Source: a virus (Duplodnaviria > Heunggongvirae > Uroviricota > Caudoviricetes). Taken from it: DNA of 64,000 nt. The position numbers and the translations under genes are program-made. Shown here piece after piece: positions 46,775 through 55,584 of the stretch. The notes beneath the pieces are model-generated. The model was not told the origin of the DNA, did no database searches, and was given only the letters and a program-made list of their open reading frames with translations. The stretch is from IMG/VR virus record IMGVR_UViG_3300042887_002597, positions 46,234 through 110,233 of that record; one strand, 5' to 3'. Each line of letters begins with the position of its first letter. Positions within the stretch are counted from its first letter, which is position 1.

Positions 46775-47737
46775 TTATGACATAACTAAGTAAAGTATTG
46801 TCTTATCCATAACTGCTGCAAAGGTTGTAGCATTACGTCTGTTAAACACTGCAAATCCACCAGTAGCTGGGTTAGTCATAAGGATGTTCTTCAACAAATT
46901 CGGCTCAATCCCGTGATTAGCGACGTCATCCCACTTTCCAGTAAAGGTACGTATTTCTGGATTCCACTGAAATAGTGTGGATAATACGCTTATGTTGTTT
47001 GATATCTTCTTAAGCACAGGGTTAGCTGGCTTAGGTGGCGCTACAACAACCTTAGGTGTCGCAGTACTTGCGATGCTATCAATCATATGCATTCCTTCTT
47101 TCACGTGCCATCCTTTGATGTACACCTCTACTTCACCCATCTTCTGACATAAATCCTGCATCTCCTTCTGGAAACGTGCAACATCCTGCTGATTACGCAC
47201 ATACTGGATACCAGTACCTTTTACGCACACAGGTCCAACACCCGTAGCTTGCGACCTCCAGTCAGTTAACGACTTACCGCAACAACGGCATACACTAACA
47301 CTTCCGGTCCAATCAGCCTTGACAGTAGCTGTAAAGCCACGTCTATCGCGGTTCTTGATCTGAGTAACCACAAGTGTAGTGGGGTTCATAGACCATCCAA
47401 CAGACTTTGCGATATGTCTCGCAGAGGTAGCAGATACTACAATTGGAACATTGCATGAATCCACCAATACCTCGTTAGGATCTGCCACTGGCTTCGGGGT
47501 TAAGCACTTCTTAGCTGCTTCCCACTGCCTATCGCTGAGTTTACCGTACTTGCATAGTTTACTACGCAAATCTAGCACGAATCCGAATGTACCAGCATAC
47601 GCCATCAAATCCTTGTGTACTTGCTCGAGTCCCGTAGGAACTACGATAACTGCAGGTTTGCGTGGTGCTGTAGTTGCACTATTAGTGCGTTTTTTATAAG
47701 ATCGTGCGTAAATTGCGCCTGCCATAGGAAATGCCAT
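46775..47737 (-). CDS. hypothetical protein with Cys cluster
   Basis: 320 aa with a CRCCGKSL...GPVC cluster. Preceded by the promoter-like element at 47761-47796. Confidence 0.65.
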   Translation of the reverse strand: MAFPMAGAIYARSYKKRTNSATTAPRKPAVIVVPTGLEQVHKDLMAYAGTFGFVLDLRSKLCKYGKLSDRQWEAAKKCLTPKPVADPNEVLVDSCNVPIVVSATSARHIAKSVGWSMNPTTLVVTQIKNRDRRGFTATVKADWTGSVSVCRCCGKSLTDWRSQATGVGPVCVKGTGIQYVRNQQDVARFQKEMQDLCQKMGEVEVYIKGWHVKEGMHMIDSIASTATPKVVVAPPKPANPVLKKISNNISVLSTLFQWNPEIRTFTGKWDDVANHGIEPNLLKNILMTNPATGGFAVFNRRNATTFAAVMDKTILYLVMS

Positions 47738-47803
47738 AGTGTGTGTTTTTAATTGTTAGGTAAAGATACTACCATTATTTAGCTGAGACAACAGCTAAAC
47801 GTA

Positions 47804-47822
47804 ATTTAGACACATTCTAAAT
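47804..47822. promoter_or_regulatory. 19-bp palindrome ATTTAGA-CACAT-TCTAAAT
   Basis: Copy 4 of 4, about 10 bp upstream of the -33 element of the 47737 promoter. Confidence 0.5.
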
Positions 47823-47876
47823 AAGAACCCCTGAGAATCAGTAAGTTACATAACTCGTTGATAATCAGGGGTTTAC

Positions 47877-48170
47877 TTACACACACATCTCTTCCACATT
47901 CTCCAGGGTAATCTCACTCAAGAGATCCTCCAATGGTGCGAATCTAGTGATGCTGAACGATGGCTCAAACATTCCACCCAGCAAACTACGCACGCTTTCA
48001 GGATTGCGAATCTCTTGTAGCAGTACTCCTGCTTTGTCTAAATGGTCATAGTAGCGTATCTCACGCACTACATACGTCTTATTCTTGATTGGTCTGTTAG
48101 GTATCGCTTCAATACTCTGTGGAGCGAACGCATCGTTAATACAAACCACTTCAGTTCCTTCTTTTATCAT
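47877..48170 (-). CDS. hypothetical protein
   Basis: 97-aa ORF. Confidence 0.55.
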   Translation of the reverse strand: MIKEGTEVVCINDAFAPQSIEAIPNRPIKNKTYVVREIRYYDHLDKAGVLLQEIRNPESVRSLLGGMFEPSFSITRFAPLEDLLSEITLENVEEMCV

Positions 48171-48400
48171 TTCTTACTTGAATGTTCGTGGTTACACTTT
48201 GAATGATCGTGTTGATTACTGCTAACGATAGCGGTTACAGTGATTAGTGTCGCTAAAACTACCACCACTACAAAGTGGTCTGATATCCATTGTACTAACT
48301 TATGCATTCTTCTTGGTTTTACGTTTAACATGATACTTAACTGGTACGTCAACTGTCGTTGTGACATTGCTTTCGAATCCTGGATCCTCTTCCATGTCAC
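48167..48400 (-). CDS. small membrane protein
   Basis: 77 aa with a C-terminal hydrophobic helix VVVVLATLITVTAIV. Confidence 0.5.
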   Translation of the reverse strand: MTWKRIQDSKAMSQRQLTYQLSIMLNVKPRRMHKLVQWISDHFVVVVVLATLITVTAIVSSNQHDHSKCNHEHSSKK

Positions 48401-48533
48401 TCAATACGCGATTAAGAAGGACAGTGATGTCTAACAACTTACGAATGTCCATAGATTGCTTCTTAGCTACGTGCTCTACCACAGTGTCTCTAATCAACTC
48501 TACACGAGTCTTGTTTAATTCTTTACGTTTCAT
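48300..48533 (-). CDS. hypothetical protein
   Basis: 77-aa ORF. Overlaps the 48167..48400 frame, so its start is uncertain. Confidence 0.4.
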   Translation of the reverse strand: MKRKELNKTRVELIRDTVVEHVAKKQSMDIRKLLDITVLLNRVLSDMEEDPGFESNVTTTVDVPVKYHVKRKTKKNA

Positions 48534-48540
48534 GTGCGTA

Positions 48541-48894
48541 CTATTTTAAGATTTTATGAATTTTAATGTTAACTCTACGTTTGAAGCAGTTCCAGGTGGT
48601 AGCAAAGGATTGGTCTCCTTCGCCATTAGTGGCTAAGTAAGCCTTACACTTATTCATACGACCGACAATCCCCGTTCTATACTGCTTTGCAAGCTCAAAG
48701 AATAGATTCTTGTTGGTCATATGATCGTTAGCCCACTCTCCACCTGGGATCTTGCCTCCAGTATTGAACCAAGACACAAGCTTAGTGCGTGTTTGATTGA
48801 ATACATCGTAAAGATACACTACGATTTCGTTAGTTTCTAACTTAGACTCGAACCAAAGTTCGTAGTTTCCGTTCTCAATTGTCATTTTTTCCAT
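48541..48894 (-). CDS. hypothetical protein
   Basis: 117-aa ORF with the promoter box TTGTAAATATACGACC at 48911. Confidence 0.6.
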   Translation of the reverse strand: MEKMTIENGNYELWFESKLETNEIVVYLYDVFNQTRTKLVSWFNTGGKIPGGEWANDHMTNKNLFFELAKQYRTGIVGRMNKCKAYLATNGEGDQSFATTWNCFKRRVNIKIHKILK

Positions 48895-48910
48895 ATGTGT
48901 GTTATTTAGA

Positions 48911-48946
48911 TTGTAAATATACGACCATAATTCTGTTCAGACAACG
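48911..48946 (-). promoter_or_regulatory. Bacteroidota-type sigma-A promoter (TTG -33 / TAnnTTTA -7)
   Basis: On the minus strand: CGTTGTCTGAACAGAATTATGGTCGTATATTTACAA. TTG and TATATTTA are 20 nt apart and 17 nt upstream of the 48894 start. Confidence 0.5.
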
Positions 48947-48970
48947 TTTTTTTAAACTATTTTCGATTTC

Positions 48971-49504
48971 TTAACCTTTCTGCGGTGTAGAAGATGCCGA
49001 ATTACCATTCTGTGCGTTGTTTGGACGACGTCCTCTACGCTTATTCGACTTAGGACGTGGAGTCTCGTCATTCGCTTTCATCTTAGGTAACCCTAACTGG
49101 TCAACTTGCTTAGGCTGGTTGTTATTGTTACGCTTCTTGTAAGGTTTACGCTTCTTCTTCTTAGGAGCTTCCACCTCAAGTGTGGCTGATGGTGATTTCG
49201 TATCGAGACCTACATTGCCATTCGAATAAATGTATGTGCTCTCAGTTTCCATAGGCGATCCTTCAACTGTTCCATCCCAATAGAAGGTGGGAGTATCTGG
49301 TGAGTTAGCTTCTACCCATTCTTGAGTGTGCCCAGTGTTTGTTGGTTGCTCCTCACGTACAGCTTGTTCTGCTGGAAGTGTTGTAGGGATTGTTGGCTCG
49401 AATTTGCTATTAAGCAATGACTTGAAAAATGATTTGATTTTTTTAAACATATTTTGTTGTTTTATTATTTCTACAAATATACAAAGAAAAAGCCCGTCTT
49501 GCAA
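48971..49504 (-). CDS. highly basic protein (nucleic-acid binding candidate)
   Basis: 177 aa. C-terminal KKKKRKPYKKRNNNNQPKQ ... KSNKRRGRRPNN. Confidence 0.55.
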   Translation of the reverse strand: MQDGLFLCIFVEIIKQQNMFKKIKSFFKSLLNSKFEPTIPTTLPAEQAVREEQPTNTGHTQEWVEANSPDTPTFYWDGTVEGSPMETESTYIYSNGNVGLDTKSPSATLEVEAPKKKKRKPYKKRNNNNQPKQVDQLGLPKMKANDETPRPKSNKRRGRRPNNAQNGNSASSTPQKG

Positions 49505-49515
49505 CGGGCTTCCTT
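49488..49515 (-). terminator. rho-independent terminator
   Basis: On the minus strand: AGCCCGTTGCAAGACGGGCT followed by TTTTCTTTGT, after the stop of 49534..49818. Confidence 0.55.
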
Positions 49516-49533
49516 AAAAAGTTTTAATGTTGG

Positions 49534-49818
49534 TTATTTCTTTGTCACTTCGTCCTTTACTTCTTCGCTACCAACCTTCTTACCGAAGATCTTATCTACT
49601 GAAGCAAGTCCTAAGCAACCGAATGCTAACAATGCTACTGCATCAACTAAGTATTGTGCTGGAGCGATGTCTACGGTTGTAAAGCTATTGTGATACATTG
49701 TGATACAAAGTGTAACACCAGCGATGATGCCTACAACTCGTTTAGATGATGGGTTACCAGTCTCATCTTTAAAAATACCACCTATCCAAGTGAATAGGGT
49801 GTTAACTGCGTCTTTCAT
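49534..49818 (-). CDS. small membrane protein
   Basis: 94 aa with two hydrophobic segments. Confidence 0.55.
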   Translation of the reverse strand: MKDAVNTLFTWIGGIFKDETGNPSSKRVVGIIAGVTLCITMYHNSFTTVDIAPAQYLVDAVALLAFGCLGLASVDKIFGKKVGSEEVKDEVTKK

Positions 49819-49854
49819 ACTTATAGGTTTTGTGTTTCCTATAAATAGTCTGCC

Positions 49855-50106
49855 TTACATGATTTCCTCGCTTGGCTCTGGTATTTCCTCGTAGATGTGT
49901 TCTTGTCCAATCTCATCATCGTTGAACTCTCCTTCAAGAGTCATGTCGTTGAATTCTTGTACTGGTGCTGGTACAACTACGCTCTTGGTAGTGGTTGTGT
50001 CAGGAGCTGCCTTTCTTTGATTAGGGTCTGACATAAGTGGTGGTGTGCATGCTGATAACAGTAATGCTGCAAAGATTATTGATTTTTTCATGTTAATAAA
50101 TATCAA
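49855..50106 (-). CDS. small lipoprotein
   Basis: 83 aa. Signal peptide MKKSIIFAALLLSAC with lipobox. Confidence 0.55.
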   Translation of the reverse strand: MIFINMKKSIIFAALLLSACTPPLMSDPNQRKAAPDTTTTKSVVVPAPVQEFNDMTLEGEFNDDEIGQEHIYEEIPEPSEEIM

Positions 50107-50329
50107 TGAATATACGTTTTATTATCTCCCACTTTGACTTAAAGTCGATCCGTTCAAACCTATTATCTGCGCCTACTACCCAAGCGAACATATCCTTACT
50201 CCAACGTTTGTAAGTACAATGCCTACACACTAAGTTCTTGCCCTGATGCTCAGGACGCTGATACGGTCTAGGGTTTCTGGTGAACATGAATAATGGATAT
50301 GTTCGCTTGCAATCAAAGCACTTCTTCAT
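50093..50329 (-). CDS. small zinc-ribbon protein
   Basis: 78 aa. CFDC ... CRHC. Confidence 0.5.
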   Translation of the reverse strand: MKKCFDCKRTYPLFMFTRNPRPYQRPEHQGKNLVCRHCTYKRWSKDMFAWVVGADNRFERIDFKSKWEIIKRIFIDIY

Positions 50330-50330
50330 A

Positions 50331-50813
50331 TTACTCTATTGTCAAGTTATCTTCTCGCAACATCTCTCTGATGACATCTCTCAATCTGTAGCATACATCC
50401 ATTTCTTCTGCTGTTGCTTCCCCGTTACCTTCAAGGGCAGCACCATACTTATGTACACTGCGTAGCTTCTGATCTAATTCCCAGATGAAATGCTTATACT
50501 TATGCCCGTCTATTGCAACACGAGCATCATTCTCTTCGTCTTCTGTAAATTCAATTATTATTTTTGCCATGTCTTTTGTTTTGTATTGTTTCTCTTCTGT
50601 ATGCTCATAAGCGCCATCAGGTCCTATCTGGAAGTCACTGGATACAGTTGGGTCTATTCTACTAATGGAATCCCTCAACTTATCGCCATGCCAACGTAAC
50701 CATTCGGTATAAGACCAATAGTACTTATCTGGATTCTGCTCCAAAAACATTTTATATTGTGATTCCAACGTACTCATATCAATCCCACCAACCTCTAATT
50801 CCTGAACCATCAA
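50331..50813 (-). CDS. hypothetical protein
   Basis: 160-aa ORF. Confidence 0.6.
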   Translation of the reverse strand: MMVQELEVGGIDMSTLESQYKMFLEQNPDKYYWSYTEWLRWHGDKLRDSISRIDPTVSSDFQIGPDGAYEHTEEKQYKTKDMAKIIIEFTEDEENDARVAIDGHKYKHFIWELDQKLRSVHKYGAALEGNGEATAEEMDVCYRLRDVIREMLREDNLTIE

Positions 50814-51327
50814 ACTGATCTAAGAACTCTGACTTCTTACTGAACTTAGAATAGTCTTGTCCATCAAGTAAGTGCATAAGCTCCTTCCAACCTTTCTTTT
50901 GTATGTCGTGAGCTCTTCTTAGTATTCGCTCATTGACCTTCATCTCTTCTTCAGTAAGGTCTTCTACTAACTTATACAAGTCTGGTCTATCTTCTAAAGG
51001 CTCGAAGTGGTTACGATAGGTCATTTCCAATCCCAACTCCTTCTCAGCTTCTTCTACGAAGTCATCATTAGCAAATAGGTTGAGTAGGTACTCACATCTC
51101 TTCATTGCTTCTACTTTCTTCCCTTTGGATACCCACTCTTCGATACCACGTTCTTCTATGTTGGTATGCATATCTTTTATAGCATCTGCCATAAGCGGAA
51201 ACACTGAATGATGTCCTCCATACCAACGATAATTCCATAAGGCTTTACGGAATACCCACATGTTTCTAAAAAATCTAGGTAGGTCGTATCTAAACAACAC
51301 CCAGTAACGTTGTAATCTGTATCTCAT
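50779..51327 (-). CDS. hypothetical protein
   Basis: 182-aa ORF. Confidence 0.6.
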   Translation of the reverse strand: MRYRLQRYWVLFRYDLPRFFRNMWVFRKALWNYRWYGGHHSVFPLMADAIKDMHTNIEERGIEEWVSKGKKVEAMKRCEYLLNLFANDDFVEEAEKELGLEMTYRNHFEPLEDRPDLYKLVEDLTEEEMKVNERILRRAHDIQKKGWKELMHLLDGQDYSKFSKKSEFLDQFDGSGIRGWWD

Positions 51328-51830
51328 ATATTAACCCATTTTGATTGATAATCCTTTACTACTGCTTTCTTAGCATAGGTATCCACACAAGCTTTTCCAG
51401 TGTGATACTTTCCTGCTGATTTGGTCCATGATTTAGTCTTGGCATAGTTTGATGCCATTATCTTCATGGAAATATACACATTTAATTCTATACTATCACG
51501 TAATTCTTGCTTAGTTACTGGGAATCCAGCATGATAAGATGCATACTTAGGCATGATCTGCATTGCTCCAACAGCACCACAGCGAGATGTCTTACGGTGA
51601 TCGTAAGTGCTATCAAGAGGACCTCGATAAGTTGTCTCCAAATAAGCCATGTTAAAGGCTACGTGAAGTGGTATATTGAATGAGTCTGCAAAGAGTACGA
51701 TAGCATCGTGAAGTCTCTCGGCATTAGTCTTAGGTTTGACTGGTGTGATTGGTTCTGGCTCCACAGAATACTGCGAATACACGTAAAATCCAACAATACA
51801 TACACAAATAAGGAGAATAATCTTCTTCAT
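51324..51830 (-). CDS. membrane-anchored lytic transglycosylase (SLT domain)
   Basis: 168 aa. N-terminal TM. SLT motifs: catalytic Glu region MAYLETTYRG, then GAVGAMQIMPKYA. Confidence 0.6.
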   Translation of the reverse strand: MKKIILLICVCIVGFYVYSQYSVEPEPITPVKPKTNAERLHDAIVLFADSFNIPLHVAFNMAYLETTYRGPLDSTYDHRKTSRCGAVGAMQIMPKYASYHAGFPVTKQELRDSIELNVYISMKIMASNYAKTKSWTKSAGKYHTGKACVDTYAKKAVVKDYQSKWVNI

Positions 51831-51853
51831 AACTGTTATTTTTTGGTTAGGAT

Positions 51854-51888
51854 ATAAATATACGACCTAAATTCCAATAAGACAACAG
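51854..51888 (-). promoter_or_regulatory. Bacteroidota-type promoter
   Basis: CTGTTGTC...GGTCGTATATTTAT on the minus strand, upstream of the 51830 start. Confidence 0.45.
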
Positions 51889-51931
51889 ATAGATGAAATA
51901 AAATTGCGGATGCGCTAATGACGGGTTAAAT

Positions 51932-52312
51932 TTATCCTTTAATTACTTGTTTTTTTTCTCTTAGTGTATCAAAATAAGTGTCAATCAACTTATCGATACG
52001 CTTATCTGTGTACGAGTTGCTTTGCGTTACTGAGTCAGTGATTTGATCGTTGATTTTCGCATGCATCTCACGTTGAAGATCGGTTATCTGATGATAAGTG
52101 CCTTGCTCCAGAGCTTCATGTTTGCGATCAATCTCATCACGTAGACGATGAACGTTTTCCCACACATTACGATCATTATTCATGATCCACTCTTCTTGCT
52201 GTTTGATTGCTTTTAACAATTTTGTAATCTTAACTATACCCCAAACAATTGCAGCTACAAAAGCAACTCCAATAATCGAGAGCATACCTAAAACGAAATA
52301 TATTGTTTCCAT
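51932..52312 (-). CDS. membrane-anchored coiled-coil protein
   Basis: 126 aa with an N-terminal TM. Confidence 0.55.
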   Translation of the reverse strand: METIYFVLGMLSIIGVAFVAAIVWGIVKITKLLKAIKQQEEWIMNNDRNVWENVHRLRDEIDRKHEALEQGTYHQITDLQREMHAKINDQITDSVTQSNSYTDKRIDKLIDTYFDTLREKKQVIKG

Positions 52313-52360
52313 ATTAGTTCCTCCTATTTGTTAATATGTCAAAGAGCGCATCCACAATTG

Positions 52361-52434
52361 TGCGCCTTCCTGGGATCGAACCAGGTACCTACTGATTATG
52401 AGTCAGTTGCTCTAACCTAATGAGCTAAAGGCGC
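52361..52434 (-). tRNA. tRNA-Met/Ile2 (anticodon CAT)
   Basis: Folded by hand on the minus strand: acceptor GCGCCTT/AAGGCGC, D-arm GCTC-ATTAGGTTA-GAGC, anticodon arm ACTGA-CTCATAA-TCAGT, T-arm CCTGG-TTCGATC-CCAGG, discriminator A. Confidence 0.8.
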
Positions 52435-52435
52435 T

Positions 52436-52530
52436 ACTGTACTCAAGGAAGGAATTGAACCTTCACGAAGATCCTCGCTGGAAAGGCTATAACAGTTTGG
52501 ATAACTGCTTATACCTTAAGCAATCCTTTT
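52436..52530 (-). tRNA. aberrant tRNA-like element (T-arm GAAGG-TTCAATT-CCTTC present; rest does not fold canonically)
   Basis: Good T-arm and a possible acceptor GCTTAAG/CTTGAGT with 2 G-U pairs, but no clean D or anticodon arm by hand. About 82-90 nt, so possibly a type II tRNA, a pseudo-tRNA or an interrupted tRNA. Confidence 0.25.
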
Positions 52531-52811
52531 ATAGATCTTCTCGTTTGCTCCCCTTAGCGTCTACCATCGACCAGGGCCTCCTGATCCTTTCGCCACTTGA
52601 GTATGTTGCCCCACCTGAGATTAGGGTGAGTAGTTGTATCGGTTTGTTTCTTTCAAAAAACCTGCTGGGCATCCCCGTTAAAAAAAGTCAACACTCTTGG
52701 GAGGAGTTGTGTAGTTCTCCTTTGTTCCCACTATGTCCCACTCGCGCCGTAGACATTCTGCGAAATCATTGTTTAAGTCTTGATTCAAAGACTCTGAGTA
52801 TCTCTTACTCA

Positions 52812-52911
52812 TTGCAATCAGGATAGGATTCGAACCTATATTAACGCAAGTAGATTGGTACTGACCTTTCGGTTACTCCCGTTTCGCTGTGCTACCCAAT
52901 TACACCACCTG
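52812..52911 (-). tRNA. aberrant or intron-containing tRNA-like element (about 100 nt)
   Basis: Acceptor AGTCAGG/CCTGATT, D-arm GTGT-AATTGGGTA-GCAC and T-arm ATAGG-TTCGAAT-CCTAT fold. About 27 extra nt sit where the anticodon arm and variable region should be, and I could not identify an anticodon. Confidence 0.3.
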
Positions 52912-52929
52912 ACTGTGTTTTATTTTCTG

Positions 52930-53001
52930 TAGTCGATACGGGAATCGAACCCGTGTTACCAGAATGAAAATCTGAGGTCCTGACCCCTAGACGAATCGAC
53001 C
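52930..53001 (-). tRNA. tRNA-Glu (anticodon TTC)
   Basis: Acceptor GGTCGAT/ATCGACT (G-U at 1:72), D-arm GTCT-AGGGGTCA-GGAC, anticodon arm TCAGA-TTTTCAT-TCTGG, T-arm ACGGG-TTCGATT-CCCGT. 72 nt. Confidence 0.75.
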
Positions 53002-53007
53002 TTATAG

Positions 53008-53079
53008 AGCTTCCTGTAGGAATCGAACCCACTTATCCTGAGTACAAATCAGGTGCATCACCTTTTATGCTTAAGAAGC
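53008..53079 (-). tRNA. tRNA-Thr (anticodon TGT)
   Basis: Acceptor GCTTCTT/AGGAAGC, D-arm GCAT-AAAAGGTG-ATGC, anticodon arm CCTGA-TTTGTAC-TCAGG, T-arm GTGGG-TTCGATT-CCTAC. 72 nt. Confidence 0.8.
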
Positions 53080-53084
53080 TTTAG

Positions 53085-53158
53085 TTGCGGGAGCAGGAAT
53101 CGAACCTGCGTCATTTGGCTTATGAGACCAAGCTGGTACCTTCTCCAGTCCACCCCGC
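53085..53158 (-). tRNA. second CAT-anticodon tRNA (Met or lysidine-Ile) with non-canonical acceptor stem
   Basis: D-arm CTGG-AGAAGGTA-CCAG, anticodon arm TTGGT-CTCATAA-GCCAA and T-arm GCAGG-TTCGATT-CCTGC are clean. The acceptor GCGGGG(T)/TCCCGC pairs 6 bp with one extra or bulged nt. Confidence 0.55.
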
Positions 53159-54375
53159 CACATTAGAAAAAGCCTGAGACTACAGCTTATATGCTAGATC
53201 TTTTGTCGGATTATTGATTCCCTTCTTGTCCAGTTCCTTTTGAGAACTATTCTAGCAATGCCGATTGGTTAGACCAATCACTCCTTGAGCTACTTGTTTT
53301 GAACTACTCTCGTCGTACTCCATCTGTTCAACTCTGCCGAGCTGATTCATCCTTGCGGGATTACAAACTTTTAAAACGAATCACCTTAGGCTTGCGACCT
53401 TCGATGGCATCCGACAGCCGGATACTATGTAGGCATCTTTCGTTTGTAGCTGGTAAGCGCTTGGGCTTTGTTAATTTTTAGTTTTTTGCTAATCATATGC
53501 AAAGTTGTATCGGTTGCAGATCGTGAAAGTAGTGGCTTACCTTTAAGCTAACCCATCTTTTGGACGAGTCAATACTCAACTACTCTCTGAAGTGTCCCCA
53601 CCTCCATACTTTGAGAATTCTACGCAAACAAACCTTGGTGGGTTTATCTACGGTGCAGTAACGACACCACTCGTACACTGACGTTGCCTTTCGGCTTTAA
53701 GATTCCTCTCATATTGGAACCCGTAATCATATACTCGGATAAGCATATTCCTCACGTAAAAGTCAAGTTCCTATAGGTTATTCTTATTGCTTTTCCAAGC
53801 TCAACCAGATGACCTGCATCACCCAGTTACCATTCCACTTCCCCTACAGTGTTACCCTCAGGTACAAAGGAATGGTAATATCCTACTTGCCTACTCGAGC
53901 TCCTTGCGAAGCCGCAAACCACATTAACCAATGCAATTCACATTATCCTGGTTTCCCAGTTTATTTAACGACCATAGGCGGCCGTTGTATCGCTACTCGC
54001 TTGTCATGGGCGAACCAACGTGGTGGGAGTAGCAATGTCTTAATACTTTAAAGAACGTTTTGGTCTTTCGTGTGACCGTTATATTCTAAATATACGACCT
54101 TTTTTTCGAAAGGGCAACTTTTATTTAGTTTTTTTCTTCTTTCTTTCTGGTGGTGCATTGTGATATGCTATCTCCACCTTAATAGGACCATTCTTAAACT
54201 TTGCTAAATCGTAGGTCCAAGTTGACGTAGTATCCTCACCTGCGTATACAACTGAGTACTTTTCTCTTCTTAATGCCATAATGATGCAATTGCTTTGAAT
54301 ATAGTTGCTACACTGAACATTACGATCATTAGTACACCAGTCAATGCCGCTACTGCGAATATGACGTCTCCTATG

Positions 54376-54762
54376 TTAGTTTTTCTCTTCATCTCCTATA
54401 ATATAAGTTATCGTATGTTCTCCGTTTATATACTTACGGATGGAAGCTCTCACAATATCATCCTTATGGATTTCAATCTCCTTCATTAAGAACTCCTCAC
54501 TATTCTCTTCGTGTAATGTACCAGCATCTGCTACACCACCATTGTACTCAACATAGTAAGCTCCGTATGGATTATTCTCAACCATAGTCTCTACCTCAGG
54601 TATCCATCCTTCTTTTCCCGCTTCATCTAAATTGGTCACAAAGGTCTGCTTTGAGTATCCACACATATTACAAAAGATATGTTCGCTCCATCGATCCATG
54701 TCGATAAAAGCATCCTTTGCTTTGCAGTGAGGACAGTCTATATAATCTATTACGCTTGCCAT
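54376..54762 (-). CDS. small zinc-ribbon protein
   Basis: The track ORF runs to 54777 with a non-ATG start. The first ATG gives MASVIDYIDCPHCKAKDAF ... CNMCGYS. Confidence 0.55.
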   Translation of the reverse strand: MASVIDYIDCPHCKAKDAFIDMDRWSEHIFCNMCGYSKQTFVTNLDEAGKEGWIPEVETMVENNPYGAYYVEYNGGVADAGTLHEENSEEFLMKEIEIHKDDIVRASIRKYINGEHTITYIIGDEEKN

Positions 54763-54780
54763 ATTGTAAATATACAAAAG

Positions 54781-55584
54781 TTATTTCAATTTTCCAACAG
54801 AAAATTCATTATTCTCATAGATTAGATAAGTGTTCGTTGTATCAAAGGTATCAATGAAGTAATATCTACCACCCGTTGCTTTCCCTTCAATATCAATCTT
54901 TCTCACCTTAGTATGCCCTACTACCTGGATATAGTCTGTCTTCAGGAACGTGTCTCTGTTTCCAGCTATCAAAGCCTGTGGGCGAATCCAAATAGGTGTC
55001 TGCGTCTTAGAGTTACCATATGGATCGATTCCGTAGAACATGAAGCGATTAGGTTGGTACTTCCAGATAGCATTGATGAAATCTGACACACTACCAGGAT
55101 CTACTCCTTTCTCATAGCTGTTTTGGTACGTTAGCCAATCATGTCCAACGCCAGCATGCGTACATAGTATGCCATCAAACTCATAGGCCATCTGCATAAG
55201 ATGCTCATTGTCCTTCAATAGTTGTCTATTGATAGGAGCTGCTCCTACTCGGAATCCTGAGTACGTCTCGCCACCTGGGAAGTAGTGATAGTCGTGATTG
55301 CCAATCAGCAAAATGACTTCACACTCCCCTTTCTTCTTGAACTCAATAATCTCCTTGAAGTTATATTGCTGTTCAACTGGCTCAATGTCAAAGCTATCAA
55401 AGTAATCTCCAATGAAGATAACTCGGTCAGGCTTCTCTTGGGCTACAATGTCCTTCCAGATGCTACGACCGTGTACATCTCCTATGAATACTGTTTTTAG
55501 TATGTCCTTGTGTTCCATTCGTAGTTTACGTATAAAAAGGCAGCATTCACTACAATCATAAACAATCCGTGTTTCCACATGCAT
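54781..55584 (-). CDS. calcineurin-like metallophosphoesterase (Ser/Thr phosphatase / Ap4A hydrolase-like)
   Basis: 267 aa. Signature motifs GDVHG, IFIGDYFD, GNHDYH, and a later HAG. Confidence 0.65.
   Translation of the reverse strand: MHVETRIVYDCSECCLFIRKLRMEHKDILKTVFIGDVHGRSIWKDIVAQEKPDRVIFIGDYFDSFDIEPVEQQYNFKEIIEFKKKGECEVILLIGNHDYHYFPGGETYSGFRVGAAPINRQLLKDNEHLMQMAYEFDGILCTHAGVGHDWLTYQNSYEKGVDPGSVSDFINAIWKYQPNRFMFYGIDPYGNSKTQTPIWIRPQALIAGNRDTFLKTDYIQVVGHTKVRKIDIEGKATGGRYYFIDTFDTTNTYLIYENNEFSVGKLK

Noticed and set aside
52455-52826. 123-aa plus-strand ORF spanning the tRNA-flanking non-coding region
   Set aside because: It is on the opposite strand to all genes and tRNAs, has low-complexity Leu/Ser composition, and overlaps tRNA genes. 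Most likely non-coding.
53085-53158. Possibility that the odd CAT-anticodon element is the tRNA-like domain of a tmRNA
   Set aside because: It has complete, well-paired D and anticodon arms, which a tmRNA TLD lacks. No tag-reading-frame or pseudoknot-like sequence was recognisable nearby. Treated as a tRNA with an irregular acceptor stem.
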